NCBI RefSeq assembly: GCF_009914755.1
Contig: NC_060948.1
Reading direction: 5' to 3' (one strand)
Source: the human T2T-CHM13v2.0 reference genome, Homo sapiens
Length of the DNA stretch: 64,000 bases
The translations under genes and the position numbers were made by a program. The notes beneath the pieces are model-generated. The model worked only from the letters and a program-made list of their open reading frames with translations, was not told the origin of the DNA and made no database searches. Shown one piece after another: positions 25,850 to 41,900 of this stretch; position 1 is the first letter of the stretch, and each line of letters opens with the position of its first letter.

Positions 25850-28800
25850 TGGAATGGAAAGTGTTGAAATAGAATGGAATGGACTCGTTTGGAATGGTCT
25901 AGTATACAATGCAATCGACCGGCAGGGAATCAAAAGGAATGTAATCGAATGGATTGGACTGGAATGCAATGGACTCGAATAGATTGGAAACGGAAAGCAA
26001 AGGAATGGAATGGAATAGTATGGAATGGAATGGAAAGGAATGGAGTGGAATAGACTAGAGTGGAATGGAATGGACTCGAAAGCAATGGACTGGAATGGAA
26101 CTTTCTTGAATGGACTGGAATCAAACGGAATGGAATGCAATGCAATCAAATGGCATGGAATAAAATAGAATGAAAGAGAATCAAATGGAATTGAATCGAA
26201 TGGAATCGAATGGATTGGAAAGGAATAGAATGGAATGGAATGGAATTGACTCAAATGGAATGGACTAGAATGGAATGGATTCGAATGGAAGGCAAAGGAA
26301 TGGAATCTATTGGAATGGACTGTAATGGAATGGAATGGAAGGGATTGGAATGGACTCGAATGGAATGGACTGCAATAGAAAGGATTCGAATGGAATGAAA
26401 AAGAATTGAATGGAATAGAACAGAATGGAATCAAATCGAATGAAATGGAATGGAATAGAAAGGAATGGAATGAAATGGAATGGAAAGGATTCGAATGGAA
26501 TGCAATCGAATGGAATGCAATCGAATGGAATGGAATCGAACGGAATGGAATAAAATGGAAGAAAACTGGCAAGAAATGGAATCGAAATGAATGGAGTGTT
26601 ATGGAACGGACTCAAAAGGAATTGAATGTAATAGAATGGAGTGGAGTGGACTCGAATATAATGGACTGGAATGGAATGAAATCACATGGAATGGGAACGA
26701 ATGGAATGGAATGGAAAGGAATGGAATCGAATGGAAAGGAATCGAATGGAAGGGAATGAAATTGAATCAACAGGAATGGAAGGGAGTAGAATAGACGGTA
26801 ATGGAATGGACTCGAATAGAATGGACACGAAGGCTCAAATTGAATGGACTCGAATGGAATGGAAACGAAAGGAATGTCATCGAATGGAATTGAATCGATT
26901 GGAATGAAATCACATAGAATGGAGTGGAATCAAATGGAATTGAATCGAAAGGAAAGGAAGCGAATGGACTGAAATGAAATGGAATGGAATTGAATGGAAA
27001 TTCATGCAATGGAATAGAATGGAACGAAATTTCACGGAATGGAATCAAACTGAATGGAATCAAATCAATGGAATATAATCAAATGGAATGGAAAGGAATT
27101 GAATGGAGTAGATTGGATTGGATGGGATTGGAATGAAATGTACTGGAAAGGACTCGAATTTCATGAAACGGAATGGAATGAATTAGAACGGAATGGACTC
27201 GAATGGAATGGAATGTCATGGAATGGCATCAAATGGAATGGAATCGATTGCGATGGAATGCTATGGAATGGAATGGAATGCATTGGAATGGAATGTCCTC
27301 TAATGGAATGTATTCGAGTGGAATGGAATCGAATATAATGGAGTCTAATGAAAGGGAATTGAAAGGAATGGGACCGAATACAATGGAATATACTGGAATG
27401 TAATGTAATGAACTCGAATGTAATTGACTGGAATGGAATGTACATGAATGGAATGTAATCGAATGGAAAGCAATCCAATGGAATAGAATCTAATGCAATA
27501 AAATCGACTCAAGTAGAGTAGAATGTAATGGAATGGAGTGCAGTGCAATGGAATGGAATGGAATGGAATGCAATGGAATGGAATGGAATGGAATGGAATG
27601 GAATGGGATGGAATGGTATGGAATGGATAGTAATGGACTGGAGTGAAATGGACTGGAAAAGAATGGACTCAAATTGAAAGGGCTCGAAAGGAATGGAGTC
27701 AAATGGAATGGTCTGGAATGGAATGAACACGAATGTAATGCAATCCAATAGAATGGAATCGAATGGCATGGAATATAAAGAAATGGAATCGAAGAGAATG
27801 GAAACAAATGGAATGGAATTGAATGGAATGGGAACGAATGGAGTGAAATTGTATGCAGTAGAAGAGAATAGAATGGAATGCAAGCGAAAGGAAAGGAATG
27901 GATTGGAATGGAATGGAATTCATTGGAATGGAAGGGAATGTAGTGTAATGGACAGGCCTGGAATAAAGTGGAATGCTACAGTCTCGAATGGAATAAAAAT
28001 GTATGGAATGGAATGCAATGAAACGGAATCGAATGTCATAGAATGTAATGGAATGCAAAAAAATGGAATCCAAAATCATTGACTGGAAAGGCTGGGTGTC
28101 GAAAGGAATTGACTCCAATGGAATGGAATCGAATGGAATGGAAGTGAATAGAATGGAACTAAATCGAATGGAATGGAATTGATAGGAACGGAATGGAAAG
28201 GAATGCAATGATTTGGCATGGAATGGAATCGAATGGCATCGAATGGAATGGAATGGAATGCAATGGAATGGAATGTATTAGAATGTAATGAACTTTAATG
28301 GAATGTACTCGAATGGATTCGACTGGAATGGAATGTTCTCGAAGTGAATGGACTCCAATGGAATGGATTCGAAAGGAATGGAATCTAATGGAATGGAATT
28401 AAATGGAAATGAATCAAATTGAATAGAACGGAATTGAATTGAATGGAATCGAATGCAATGGAATCTAATGAAACGGAAAGGAAAGGAATGGAATGGATTG
28501 GAATGGAATGGGCTGGAATGGAATGGAATCGAAACGAATGGAATGGAATCGAACTGAAGAGACTGGAATGGAATGCACTGGAATGGAAGGGAATGTAATG
28601 GAAGGTTCTCGAAAAAAATGGAATCGAAAGGAATGGAATTGAATGGAACGGAATAGAGTCGAATGGAATTGAATGGAATGGAATGGACTAGAGTGAAATG
28701 GAATCGAACCACAAGGAATGGACAGGAATAGAATGGTCTCGAATTGAATGGAATCGTATGGAATGGCATCAAACGGAATGGAATGGACAGCCACGGAATG

Positions 28801-31800
28801 GAATGGACACCCACGGAATGGAATGCACTCGAATGCAATGGAGTCGACACTAATGGACTGAATAGAATGGACTCGACTGGTACGGACTCCAATGGAATGG
28901 AATCGAATGGAAGGGAATCGAACGGAATGGACTCGAAGGGAAAAGACTGCAATGGAAAGGTCTCCAATGGAATGGAAATTAATGGAATGGAATGGAATCG
29001 AATGAAATGGAGTCAAAAGGAATGGAATCGAATGGCAAGAAATCGAATGTAATGGAATCGCAAGGAATGGATGTGAACGGAACGGAATGGAATGGAATCC
29101 AAAGGAATGGAATAGAATGGAATGGAATCGAATGGAAAGGACTCGAATGGAAATCACTCGAATAGAATGCAATTTAATAAAATAGGATCAAATGTAATGG
29201 AATGGAATGGAAAGGAATCGAAACGAAAGGAATGGAGACAGATGGAATGGAATGGAACAGAGAGCAATGGTATAGAATGGAATGGAATCATCTGGAATGG
29301 AATTGAATGGAATGGAATAATATGAAATGGAATGGAATGGAATGGAATGCCCTTGAATTAAATGGACTGGAATGGAATGGACTCGAACAGAGTGGAATGG
29401 AAAGTGTTGAAATAGAATGGAATGGACTCGTTTGGAATGGTCTAGTATGCAATGCAATCGACTGGCAGGGAATCAAAAGGAATGTAATCGAATGGATTGG
29501 ACTGGAATGCAATGGACTCGAATAGATTGGAAACGGAAAGCAAAGGAATGGAATGGAATAGTATGGAATGGAATGGAAGGAATGGAGTGGAATAGACTAG
29601 AGTGGAATGGAATGGACTCGAAAGCAATGGACTGGAATGGAACTTTCTTGAATGGACTGGAATCAAACGGAATGGAATGCAATGCAATCAAATGGCATGG
29701 AATAAAATAGAATGAAAGAGAATCAAATGGAATTGAATCGAATGGAATCGAATGGATTGGAAAGGAATAGAATGGAATGGAATGGAATTGACTCAAATGG
29801 AATGGACTAGAATGGAATGGATTCGAATGGAAGTCAAAGGAATGGAATCTATTGGAATGGACTGTAATGGAATGGAATGGAAGGGATTGGAATGGACTCG
29901 AATGGAATGGACTGCCATAGAAAGGATTCGAATGGAATGAAAAAGAATTGAATGGAATAGAACAGAATGGAATCAAATCGAATGAAATGGAATGGAATAG
30001 AAAGGAATGGAATGAAATGGAATGGAAAGGATTCAAATGGAATGCAATCGAATGGAATGCAATCGAGTGGAATGGAATCGAACGGAATGGAATAAAATGG
30101 AAGAAAACTGGCAAGAAATGGAATCGAAATGAATGGAGTGTTATGGAACGGACTCAAAAGGAATTGAATGTAATAGAATGGAGTGGAGTGGACTCGAATA
30201 TAATGGACTGGAATGGAATGAAATCACATGGAATGGGAACGAATGGAATGGAATGGAAAGGAATGGAATCGAATGGAAAGGAATCGAATGGAAGGGAATG
30301 AAATTGAATCAACAGGAATGGAAGGGAGTAGAATAGACGGTAATGGAATGGACTCGAATAGAATGGACACGAATGCTCAAATTGAATGGACTCGAATGGA
30401 ATGGAAACGAAAGGAATGTCATCGAATGGAATTGAATCGATTGGAATGAAATCACATAGAATGGAGTGGAATCAAATGGAATTGAATCGAAAGGAAAGGA
30501 AGCGAATGGACTGAAATGAAATGGAATGGAATTGAATGGAAATTAATGCAATGGAATAGAATGGAACGAAATTTCACGGAATGGAATCAAACTGAATGGA
30601 ATCAAATCAATGGAATCAAATCAAATGGAACGGAAAGGAATTGAATGGAGTAGATTGGATTGGATGGGATTGGAATGAAATGTACTGGAAAGGACTCGAA
30701 TTTCATGAAACGGAATGGAATGAATTAGAACGGAATGGACTCGAATGGAATGGAATGTCATGGAATGGCATCAAAAGGAATGGAATCGATTGCGATGGAA
30801 TGCTATGGAATGGAATGGAATGCATTGGAATGGAATGTCCTCTAATGGAATGTATTCGAGTGGAATGGAATCGAATATAATGGAGTCTAATGAAAGGGAA
30901 TTGAAAGGAATGGGACCGAATACAATGGAATATACTGGAATGTAATGTAATGAACTCGAATGTAATTGACTGGAATGGAATGTACATGAATGGAATGTAA
31001 TCGAATGGAAAGCAATCCAATGGAATAGAATCTAATGCAATAAAATCGACTCAAATAGAGTAGAATGTAATGGAATGGAGTGCAGTGCAATGGAATGGAA
31101 TGGAATGGAATGCAATGGAATGGAATGGAATGGAATGGAATGGGATGGAATGGTATGGAATGGATAGTAATGGACTGGAGTGAAATGGACTGGAAAAGAA
31201 TGGACTCAAATTGAAAGGGCTCGAAAGGAATGGAGTCAAATGGAATGGTCTGGAATGGAATGAACACGAATGTAATGCAATCCAATAGAATGGAATCGAA
31301 TGGCATGGAATATAAAGAAATGGAATCGAAGAGAATGGAAACAAATGGAATGGAATTGAATGGAATGGGAACGAATGGAGTGAAATTGTATGCAGTAGAA
31401 GAGAATAGAATGGAATGCAAGCGAAAGGAAAGGAATGGATTGGAATGGAATGGAATTCATTGGAATGGAAGGGAATGTAGTGTAATGGACAGGCCTGGAA
31501 TAAAGTGGAATGCTACGGTCTCGAATGGAATAAAAATGTATGGAATGGAATGCAATGAAACGGAATCGAATGTCATAGAATGTAATGGAATGCAAAAAAA
31601 TGGAATCCAAAATCATTGACTGGAAAGGCTGGGTGTCGAAAGGAATTGACTCCAATGGAATGGAATCGAATGGAATGGAAGTGAATAGAATCGAACTAAA
31701 TCGAATGGAATGGAATTGATAGGAACGGAATGGAAAGGAATGCAATGATTTGGCATGGAATGGAATCGAATGGCATCGAATGGAATGGAATGGAATGCAA

Positions 31801-34800
31801 TGGAATGGAATGTATTAGAATGTAATGAACTTTAATGGAATGTACTCGAATGGATTCGACTGGAATGGAATGTTCTCGAAGTGAATGGACTCCAATGGAA
31901 TGGATTCGAAAGGAATGGAATCTAATGGAATGGAATTAAATGGAAATGAATCAAATTGAATAGAACGGAATTGAATTGAATGGAATCGAATGCAATGGAA
32001 TCTAATGAAACGGAAAGGAAAGGAATGGAATGGATTGGAATGGAATGGGCTGGAATGGAATGGAATCGAAACGAATGGAATGGAATCGAACTGAAGAGAC
32101 TGGAATGGAATGCACTGGAATGGAAGGGAATGTAATGGAAGGTTCTCGAAAAAAATGGAATCGAAAGGAATGGAATTGAATGGAACGGAATAGAGTCGAA
32201 TGGAATTCAATGGAATGGAATGGACTAGAGTCAAATGGAATCGAACCACAAGGAATGGACAGGAATAGAATGGTCTCGAATTGAATGGAATCGTATGGAA
32301 TGGCATCAATCGGAATGGAATGGACAGCCACGGAATGGAATGGACACCCACGGAATGGAATGCACTCGAATGCAATGGAGTCGACACTAATGGACTGGAA
32401 TAGAATGGACTCGACTGATACGGACTCCAATGGAATGGAATCGAATGGAAGGGAATCGAACGGAATGGACTCGAAGGAAAAAGACTGCAATGGAAAGGTC
32501 TCCAATGGAATGGAAATTAATGGAATGGAATGGAATCGAATGAAATGGAGTCAAAAGGAATGAGATCGAATGGCAAGAAATCGAATGTGATGGAATCGCA
32601 AGGAATTGATGTGAACGGAACGGAATGGAATGGAATCCAAAGGAATGGAATAGAATGGAATGGAATCGAATGGAAAGGACTCGAATGGACATCACTCGAA
32701 TAGAATGCAATTTAATAAAATAGGATCAAATGTAATGGAATGGAATGGAAAGGAATCGAAACGAAAGGAATGGAGACAGATGGAATGGAATGGAACTGAG
32801 AGCAATGGTATAGAATGGAATGGAATCATCTGGAATGGAATTGAATGGAATGGAATAATATGAAATGGAAAGGAATGGAATGGAATGCCCTTGAATTAAA
32901 TGGACTGGAATGGAATGGACTCGAACAGAGTGGAATGGAAAGTGTTGAAATAGAATGGAATGGACTCGTTTGGAATGGTCTAGTATGCAATGCAATCGAC
33001 TGGCAGGGAATCAAAAGGAATGTAATCGAATGGATTGGACTGGAATGCAATGGACTCGAATAGATTGGAAACGGAATGCAAAGGAATGGAATGGAATAGT
33101 ATGGAATGGAATGGAAAGGAATGGAGTGGAATAGACTAGAGTGGAATGGAATGGACTCGAAAGCAATGGACTGGAATGGAACTTTCTTGAATGGACTGGA
33201 ATCAAACGGAATGGAATGCAATGCAATCAAATGGCATGGAATAAAATAGAATGAAAGAGAATGAAATGGAATTGAATCGAATGGAATCGAATGGATTGGA
33301 AAGGAATAGAATGGAATGGAATGGAATTGACTCAAATGGAATGGACTAGAATGGAATGGATTCGAATGGAAGGCAAAGGAATGGAATCTATTGGAATGGA
33401 CTGTAATGGAATGGAATGGAAGGGATTGGAATGGACTCGAATGGAATGGACTGCAATAGAAAGGATTCGAATGGAATGAAAAAGAATTGAATGGAATAGA
33501 ACAGAATGGAATCAAATCGAATGAAATGGAATGGAATAGAAAGGAATGGAATGAAATGGAATGGAAAGGATTCGAATGGAATGCAATCGAATGGAATGCA
33601 ATCGAATGGAATGGAATCGAACGGAATGGAATAAAATGGAAGAAAACTGGCAAGAAATGGAGTCGAAATGAATGGAGTGTTATGGAACCGACTCAAAAGG
33701 AATTGAATGTAATAGAATGGAGTGGAGTGGACTCGAATATAATGGACTGGAATGGAATGAAATCACATGGAATGGGAACGAATGGAATGGAATGGAAAGG
33801 AATGGAATCGAATGGAAAGGAATCGAATGGAAGGGAATGAAATTGAATCAACAGGAATGGAAGGGAGTAGAATAGACGGTAATGGAATGGACTCGAATAG
33901 AATGGACACGAATGCTCAAATTGAATGGACTCGAATGGAATGGAAACGAAAGGAATGTCATCGAATGGAATTGAATCGATTGGAATGAAATCACATAGAA
34001 TGGAGTGGAATCAAATGGAATTGAATCGAAAGGAAAGGAAGCGAATGGACTGAAATGAAATGGAATGGAATTGAATGGAAATTAATGCAATGGAATAGAA
34101 TGGAACGAAATTTCACGGAATGGAATCAAACTGAATGGAATCAAATCAATGGAATATAATCAAATGGAATGGAAAGGAATTGAATGGAGTAGATTGGATT
34201 GGATGGGATTGGAATGAAATGTACTGGAAAGGACTCGAATTTCATGAAACGGAATGGAATGAATTAGAACGGAATGGACTCGAATGGAATGGAATGTCAT
34301 GGAATGGCATCAAATGGAATGGAATCGAATGCGATGGAATGCTATGGAATGGAATGGAATGCATTGGAATGGAATGTCCTCTAATGGAATGTATTCGAGT
34401 GGAATGGAATCGAATATAATGGAGTCGAATGAAATGGAATTGAAAGGAATGGGACCGAATACAATGGAATATACTGGAATGTAATGTAATGAACTCGAAT
34501 GTAATTGACTGGAATGGAATGTACACGAATGGAATGTAATCGAATGGAAAGCAATCCAATGGAATAGAATCTAATGCAATAAAATCGACTCAAATAGAGT
34601 AGAATGTAATGGAATGGAGTGCAGTGCAATGGAATGGAATGGAATGGAATGCAATGGAATGGAATGGAATGGAATGGAATGGGATGGAATGGTATGGAAT
34701 GGATAGTAATGGACTGGAGTGAAATGGACTGGAAAAGAATGGACTCAAATTGAAAGGGCTCGAAAGGAATGGAGTCAAATGGAATGGTCTGGAATGGAAT

Positions 34801-37800
34801 GAACACGAATGTAATGCAATCCAATGGAATGGAATCGAATGGCATGGAATATAAAGAAATGGAATCGAAGAGAATGGAAACAAATGGAATGGAATTGAAT
34901 GGAATGGAATTGAATGGAATGGGAACGAATGGAGTGAAATTGTATGCAGTAGAAGAGAATAGAATGGAATGCAAGCGAAAGGAAAGGAATGGATTGGAAT
35001 GGAATGGAATTCATTGGAATGGAAGGGAATGTAGTGTAATGGACAGGCCTGGAATAAAGTGGAATGCTACGGTCTCGAATGGAATAAAAATGTATGGAAC
35101 GGAATGCAATGAAACGGAATCGAATGTCATAGAATGTAATGGAATGCAAAAAAATGGACTCTAAAATCATTGACTGGAAAGGCTGGGTGTCGAAAGGAAT
35201 TGACTCCAATGGAATGGAATCGAATGGAATGGAAGTGAATAGAATCGAACTAAATCGAATGGAATGGAATTGATAGGAACGGAATGGAAAGGAATGCAAT
35301 GATTTGGCATGGAATGGAATCGAATGGCATCGAATGGAATGGAATGGAATGCAATGGAATGGAATGTATTAGAATGTAATGAACTTTAATGGAATGTACT
35401 CGAATGGATTCGACTGGAATGGAATGTTCTCGAAGTGAATGGACTTCAATGGAATGGATTCGAAAGGAATGGAATCTAATGGAATGGAATTAAATGGAAA
35501 TGAATCAAATTGAATAGAACGGAATTGAATTGAATGGAATCGAATGCAATGGAATCTAATGAAACGGAAAGGAAAGGAATGGAATGGATTGGAATGGAAT
35601 CGGCTGGAATGGAATGGAATCGAAACGAATGGAATGGAATCGAACTGAAGAGACTGGAATGGAATGCACTGGAATGGAAGGGAATGTAATGGAAGGTTCT
35701 CGAAAAAAATGGAATCGAAAGGAATGGAATTGAATGGAACGGAAGAGAGTCGAAAGGAATTGAATGGAATGGAATGGACTAGAGTGAAATGGAATCGAAC
35801 CACAAGGAATGGACAGGAATAGAATGGTCTCGAATTGAATGGAATCGTATGGAATGGCATCAAACGGAATGGAATGGACAGCCACGGAATGGAATGGACA
35901 CCCACGGAATGGAAAGCACTCGAATGCAAAGGAGTCGACACTAATGGACTGAATAGAATGGACTCGACTGGTACGGACTCCAATGGAATGGAATCGAATG
36001 GAAGGGAATCGAACGGAATGGACTCGAAGGGAAAAGACTGCAATGGAAAGGTCTCCAATGGAATGGAAATTAATGGAATGGAATGGAATCGAATGAAATG
36101 GAGTCAAAAGGAATGGAATCGAATGGCAAGAAATCGAATGTAATGGAATCGCAAGGAATTGATGTGAACGGAACGGAATGGAATGGAATCCAAAGGAATG
36201 GAATAGAATGGAATGGAATCGAATGGAAAGGACTCGAATGGAAATCACTCGAATAGAATGCAATTTAATAAAATAGGATCAAATGTAATGGAATGGAATG
36301 GAAAGGAATCGAAACGAAAGGAATGGAGACAGATGGAATGGAATGGAACAGAGAGCAATGGTATAGAATGGAATGGAATCATCTGGAATGGAATTGAATG
36401 GAATGGAATAATATGAAATGGAATGGAATGGAATGGAATGCCCTTGAATTAAATGGACTGGAATGGAATGGACTCGAACAGAGTGGAATGGAAAGTGTTG
36501 AAATAGAATGGAATGGACTCGTTTGGAATGGTCTAGTATGCAATGCAATCGACTGGCAGGCAATCAAAAGGAATGTAATCGAATGGATTGGACTGGAATG
36601 CAATGGACTCGAATAGATTGGAAACGGAAAGCAAAGGAATGGAATGGAATAGTATGGAATGGAATGGAAAGGAATGGAGTGGAATAGACTAGAGTGGAAT
36701 GGAATGGACTCGAAAGCAATGGACTGGAATGGAACTTTCTTGAATGGACTGGAATCAAACGGAATGGAATGCAATGCAATCAAATGGCATGGAATAAAAT
36801 AGAATGAAAGAGAATCAAATGGAATTGAATCGAATGGAATCGAATGGATTGGAAAGGAATAGAATGGAATGGAATGGAATTGACTCAAATGGAATGGACT
36901 AGAATGGAATGGATTCGAATGGAAGTCAAAGGAATGGAATCTATTGGAATGGACTGTAATGGAATGGAATGGAAGGGATTGGAATGGACTCGAATGGAAT
37001 GGACTGCCATAGAAAGGATTCGAATGGAATGAAAAAGAATTGAATGGAATAGAACAGAATGGAATCAAATCGAATGAAATGGAATGGAATAGAAAGGAAT
37101 GGAATGAAATGGAATGGAAAGGATTCGAATGGAATGCAATCGAATGGAATGCAATCGAATGGAATGGAATCGAACGGAATGGAATAAAATGGAAGAAAAC
37201 TGGCAAGAAATGGAATCGAAATGAATGGAGTGTTATGGAACGGACTCAAAAGGAATTGAATGTAATAGAATGGAGTGGAGTGGACTCGAATATAATGGAC
37301 TGGAATGGAATGAAATCACATGGAATGGGAACGAATGGAATGGAATGGAAAGGAATGGAATCGAATGGAAAGGAATCGAATGGAAGGGAATGAAATTGAA
37401 TCAACAGGAATGGAAGGGAGTAGAATAGACGGTAATGGAATGGACTCGAATAGAATGGACACGAATGCTCAAATTGAATGGACTCGAATGGAATGGAAAC
37501 GAAAGGAATGTCATCGAATGGAATTGAATCGATTGGAATGAAATCACATAGAATGGAGTGGAATCAAATGGAATTGAATCGAAAGGAAAGGAAGCGAATG
37601 GACTGAAATGAAATGGAATGGAATTGAATGGAAATTAATGCAATGGAATAGAATGGAACGAAATTTCACGGAATGGAATCAAACTGAATGGAATCAAATC
37701 AATGGAATATAATCAAATGGAATGGAAAGGAATTGAATGGAGTAGATTGGATTGGATGGGATTGGAATGAAAAGTACTGGAAAGGACTCGAATTTCATGA

Positions 37801-38940
37801 AACGGAATGGAATGAATTAGAACGGAATGGACTCGAATGGAATGGAATGTCATGGAATGGCATCAAATGGAATGGAATCGAATGCGATGGAATAGAATGC
37901 AATGGAATGCTATGGAATGGAATGGAATGCATTGGAATGGAATGTCCTCTAATGGAATGGATTCGAGTGGAATGGAATCGAATATAATGGAGTCGAATGA
38001 AATGGAATTGAAAGGAATGGGATCGAATACCATGTAATATACTGGAATGTAATGTAATGAACTCGAATGTAATTGACTGGAATGGAATGTACATGAATGG
38101 AATGTAATCGAATGGAAAGTAATCCAATGGAATAGAATCTAATGCAATAAAATCGACTCAAATAGAATAGAATGTAATGGAATGGAGTGCAGTGCAATGG
38201 AATGGAATGGAATGGAATGCAATGGAATGGAATGGAATGGAATGGAATAGGATGGAATGGTATGGAATGGATAGTAATGGACTGGAGTGAAATGGACTGG
38301 AAAAGAATGGACTCAAATTGAAAGGGCTCGAAAGGAATGGAGTCAAATGGAATGGTCTGGAATGGAATGAATACGAATGTAATGCAATCCAATAGAATGG
38401 AATCGAATGGTATGGAATATAAAGAATTGGAATCGAAGAGAATGGAAACAAATGGAATGGAATTGAATGGAATGGAATTGAATGGAATGGGAACGAATGG
38501 AGTGAAATTGTATGCAGTAGAAGAGAATAGAATGGAATGCAAGCGAAAGGAAAGGAATGGATTGGAATGGAATGGAATTCATTGGAATGGAAGGGAATGT
38601 AGTGTAATGGACAGGCCTGGAATAAAGTGGAATGCTACGGTCTCGAATGGAATAAAAGTGTATGGAATAGAATGCAATGAAACGGAATCGAATGTCATAG
38701 AATGTAATGGAATGCAAAAAAATGGACTCCAAAATCATTGACTGGAAAGGCTGGGTGTCAAAAGGAATTGCCTCCAATGGAATGGAATCGAATGGAATGG
38801 AAGTGAATAGAATGGAACTAAATCGAATGGAATGGAATTGATAGGAACGGAATGGAAAGGAATGCAATGATTTGGCATGGAATGGAATCGAATGGTATCG
38901 AATGGAATGGAATGGAATTCAATTGAATGGAATGTATTAG
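25850..38940 (+). repeat. Distinct monomer subfamily block (second part of M8 through M11)
   Basis: Shared variants absent elsewhere: 15-bp duplication gcaatcgaatggaat x2 (~26511, 30044, 33583, 37136), 15-bp insertion containing ggacacccacgg (~28805, 32342, 35896), aaatcacataga, gaattagaacgg, gggagtagaa and ggactcgaaagc. Confidence 0.8.
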
Positions 38941-38942
38941 AA

Positions 38943-41900
38943 TGTAATGAACTTTAATGTAATGTACTCGAATGGATTCGACTGGAATGGAATGTTCTCG
39001 AAGTGAATGGACTCCAATGGAATGGATTCGAAAGGAATGGAATCTAATGGAATGGAATTAAATGGAAATGAATCAAATTGAATAGAACGGATTTGAATGG
39101 AATGGAATCGAATGCAATGGAATCTAATGAAACGGAAAGGAAAGTAATGGAATGGAATGGAATGGGCTGGAATTGAATGGAATCGAAACGAATGGAATGT
39201 AGTCGAACTGAAGAGACTGAAATGGAATGCACTGGAATGGAAGGGAGTGTAATGGAAGGTTCTCGAAAAAAATGGAATCGAAAGGAATGGAATTGAATGG
39301 AACGGAATAGAGTCGAATGGAATTCAATGGAATGGAATGGACTAGAGTGAAATGGAATCGAACCACAAGGAATGGACAGGAACAGAATGGTCTCGAATTG
39401 AATGGAATCGTATGGAATGGCATCAAACGGAATGGAATGGACAGCCACGGAATGCAATGCACTCGAATGCAATGGAGTCGACACTAATGGACTGGAATAG
39501 AATGGACTCGACTGGTATGGACTCCAATGGAATGGAATCGAATGGAAGGGAATGGAACGGAATGGACTCGAAGGGAAAAGACTGCAATGGAAAGGTCTCG
39601 AATGGAATGGAAATTAATGGAATGGAATGGAATCGAATGAAATTGAGTCAAACGGAATGGAATCGAATGGCAAGAAATCGAATGTAATGGAATCGCAAGG
39701 AATTGATGTGAACGGAACGGAATCGAATGGAATCCAAAGGAATGGAATAGAATGGAATGGAATCGAATGGAAAGGACTCGAATGGAAATCACTCGAATAG
39801 AATGCAATTTAATAAAATAGGATCAAATGTAATGGAATGGAATGGAAAGGAATCGAAACGAAAGGAATGGAGACAGATGGAATGGAATGGAACAGAGAGC
39901 AATGGTATAGAATGGAATGGAATCATCTGGAATGGAATTGAATGGAATGGAATAATATGAAATGGAATGGAATGGAATGGAATGCCCTTGAATTAAATGG
40001 ACTGGAATGGAATGGACTCAAACAGAGTGGAATGGAAAGTGTTGAAATAGAATGGAATGGACTCGTTTGGAATGGTCTAGTATGCAATGCAATCGACTGG
40101 CAGGGAATCAAGAGGAATGTAATCGAATGCATTGGACTGGAATGCAATGGACTCGAATAGATTGGAAACGGAATGCAAAGGAATGGAATGGAATAGTATG
40201 GAATGGAATGGAAAGGAATGGAGTGGAATAGACTAGAGTGGAATGGAATGGACTGGAAAGCAATGGACTGGAATGGAACTTTCTTGAATGGACTGGAATC
40301 AAACGGAATGGAATGCAATGCAATCAAATGGCATGGAATAAAATAGAATGAAAGAGAATCAAATGGAATTGAATCGAATGGAATCGAATGGATTGGAAAG
40401 GAATAGAATGGAATGGAATGGAATTGACTCAAATGGAATGGACTAGAATGGAATGGATTCGAATGGAAGTCAAAGGAATGGAATCTATTGGAATGGACTG
40501 TAATAGAATGGAATGGAAGGGATTGGAATGGACTCGAATGGAATGGACTGCAATAGAAAGGATTCGAATGGAATGAAAAAGAATTGAATGGAATAGAACA
40601 GAATGGAATCAAATCGAATGAAATGGAATGGAAGAGAACGGAATGGAATGAAATGGAATGGAAAGGATTCGAATGGAATGCAATCGAATGGAACGGAATC
40701 GAACGGAATGGAATAAAATGGAAGAAAACTGGCAAGAAATGGAATCGAAATGAATGGAGTGTTATGGAACGGACTCAAAAGGAATTGAATGTAATAGAAT
40801 GGAGTGGAGTGGACTCGAATATAATGGACTGGAATGGAATGAAATCACATGGAATGGGAACGAATGGAATGGAATGGAAAGGAATGGAATGGAAAGGAAT
40901 GGAATCGAATGGAAAGGAATCGAATGGAAGGGAATGAAATTGAATCAACAGGAATGGAAGGAAGTAGAATAGACGGTAATGGAATGGACTCGAATAGAAT
41001 GGACACGAATGCTCAAATTGAATGGACTCGAATGGAATGGAAACGAAAGGAATGTCGTCGAATGGAATTGAATCGATTGGAATGAAATCGCATAGAATGG
41101 AGTGGAATCAAATGGAATTGAATCGAAAGGAAAGGAAGCGAATGGTCTGAAATGAAATGGAATGGAATTGAATGGAAAGTAATGCAAGGGAATAGAATGG
41201 AACGAAATTTCACGGAATGGAATCAAACTGAATGGAATCAAATCAATGGAATATAATCAAATGGCATGGAAAGGAATTGAATGGAGTAGATTGGATTGGA
41301 TGGGATTGGAATGAAATGTACTGGAAAGGACTCGAATTTCATGAAATGGAATGGAATGAACTGGAACGGAATGGACTCGAATGGATTGGAATGTCATGGA
41401 ATGGCATCAAATGGAATGGCATCAAATGGAATGGAATCGAATGCAATGGAATGCTATGGAATGGAATGGAATGCATTGGAATGGAATGTCCCCTAATGGA
41501 ATGGATTCGAGTGGAATGGAATCGAATATAATGGAGTCGAATGAAATGGAATTGAAAGGAAAGGGATCGAATACAATGGAATATACTGGAATTTAATGTA
41601 ATGAACTCGAATGTAATTGACTAGAATGGAATGTACATGAATGGAATGTAATCGAATGGAAAATAATCTCATGGAATAGAATCTAATGCAATAAAATCGA
41701 CTCAAATAGAATAGAATGGAATGGAATGGAGTGCAGTGCAATGGAATGGAATGGAATGGAATGCAATGGAATGGAATGGAATGGGATGGAATGGTATGGG
41801 ATGGATAGAAATGGACTGGAGTGAAATGGACTGGAAAGTAATGGACTCAAATTGAAAGAGCTCGAAAGAATGGAGTCAAATGGAATGGTCTGGAATGGAA

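Larger units (their letters stand above)
1..38942 (+). repeat. Higher-order repeat period, copy 1 (11 monomers, M1-M11; boundary phase arbitrary)
   Basis: Private variants of M1-M3 recur at +38,942 (ORF starts 102/39044, 2290/41232, 3635/42577, 7153/46095). Private variants of M4-M7 recur at +42,472 to +42,492 (10707/53194, 14241/56728, 17795/60287, 21338/63810). Confidence 0.88.
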
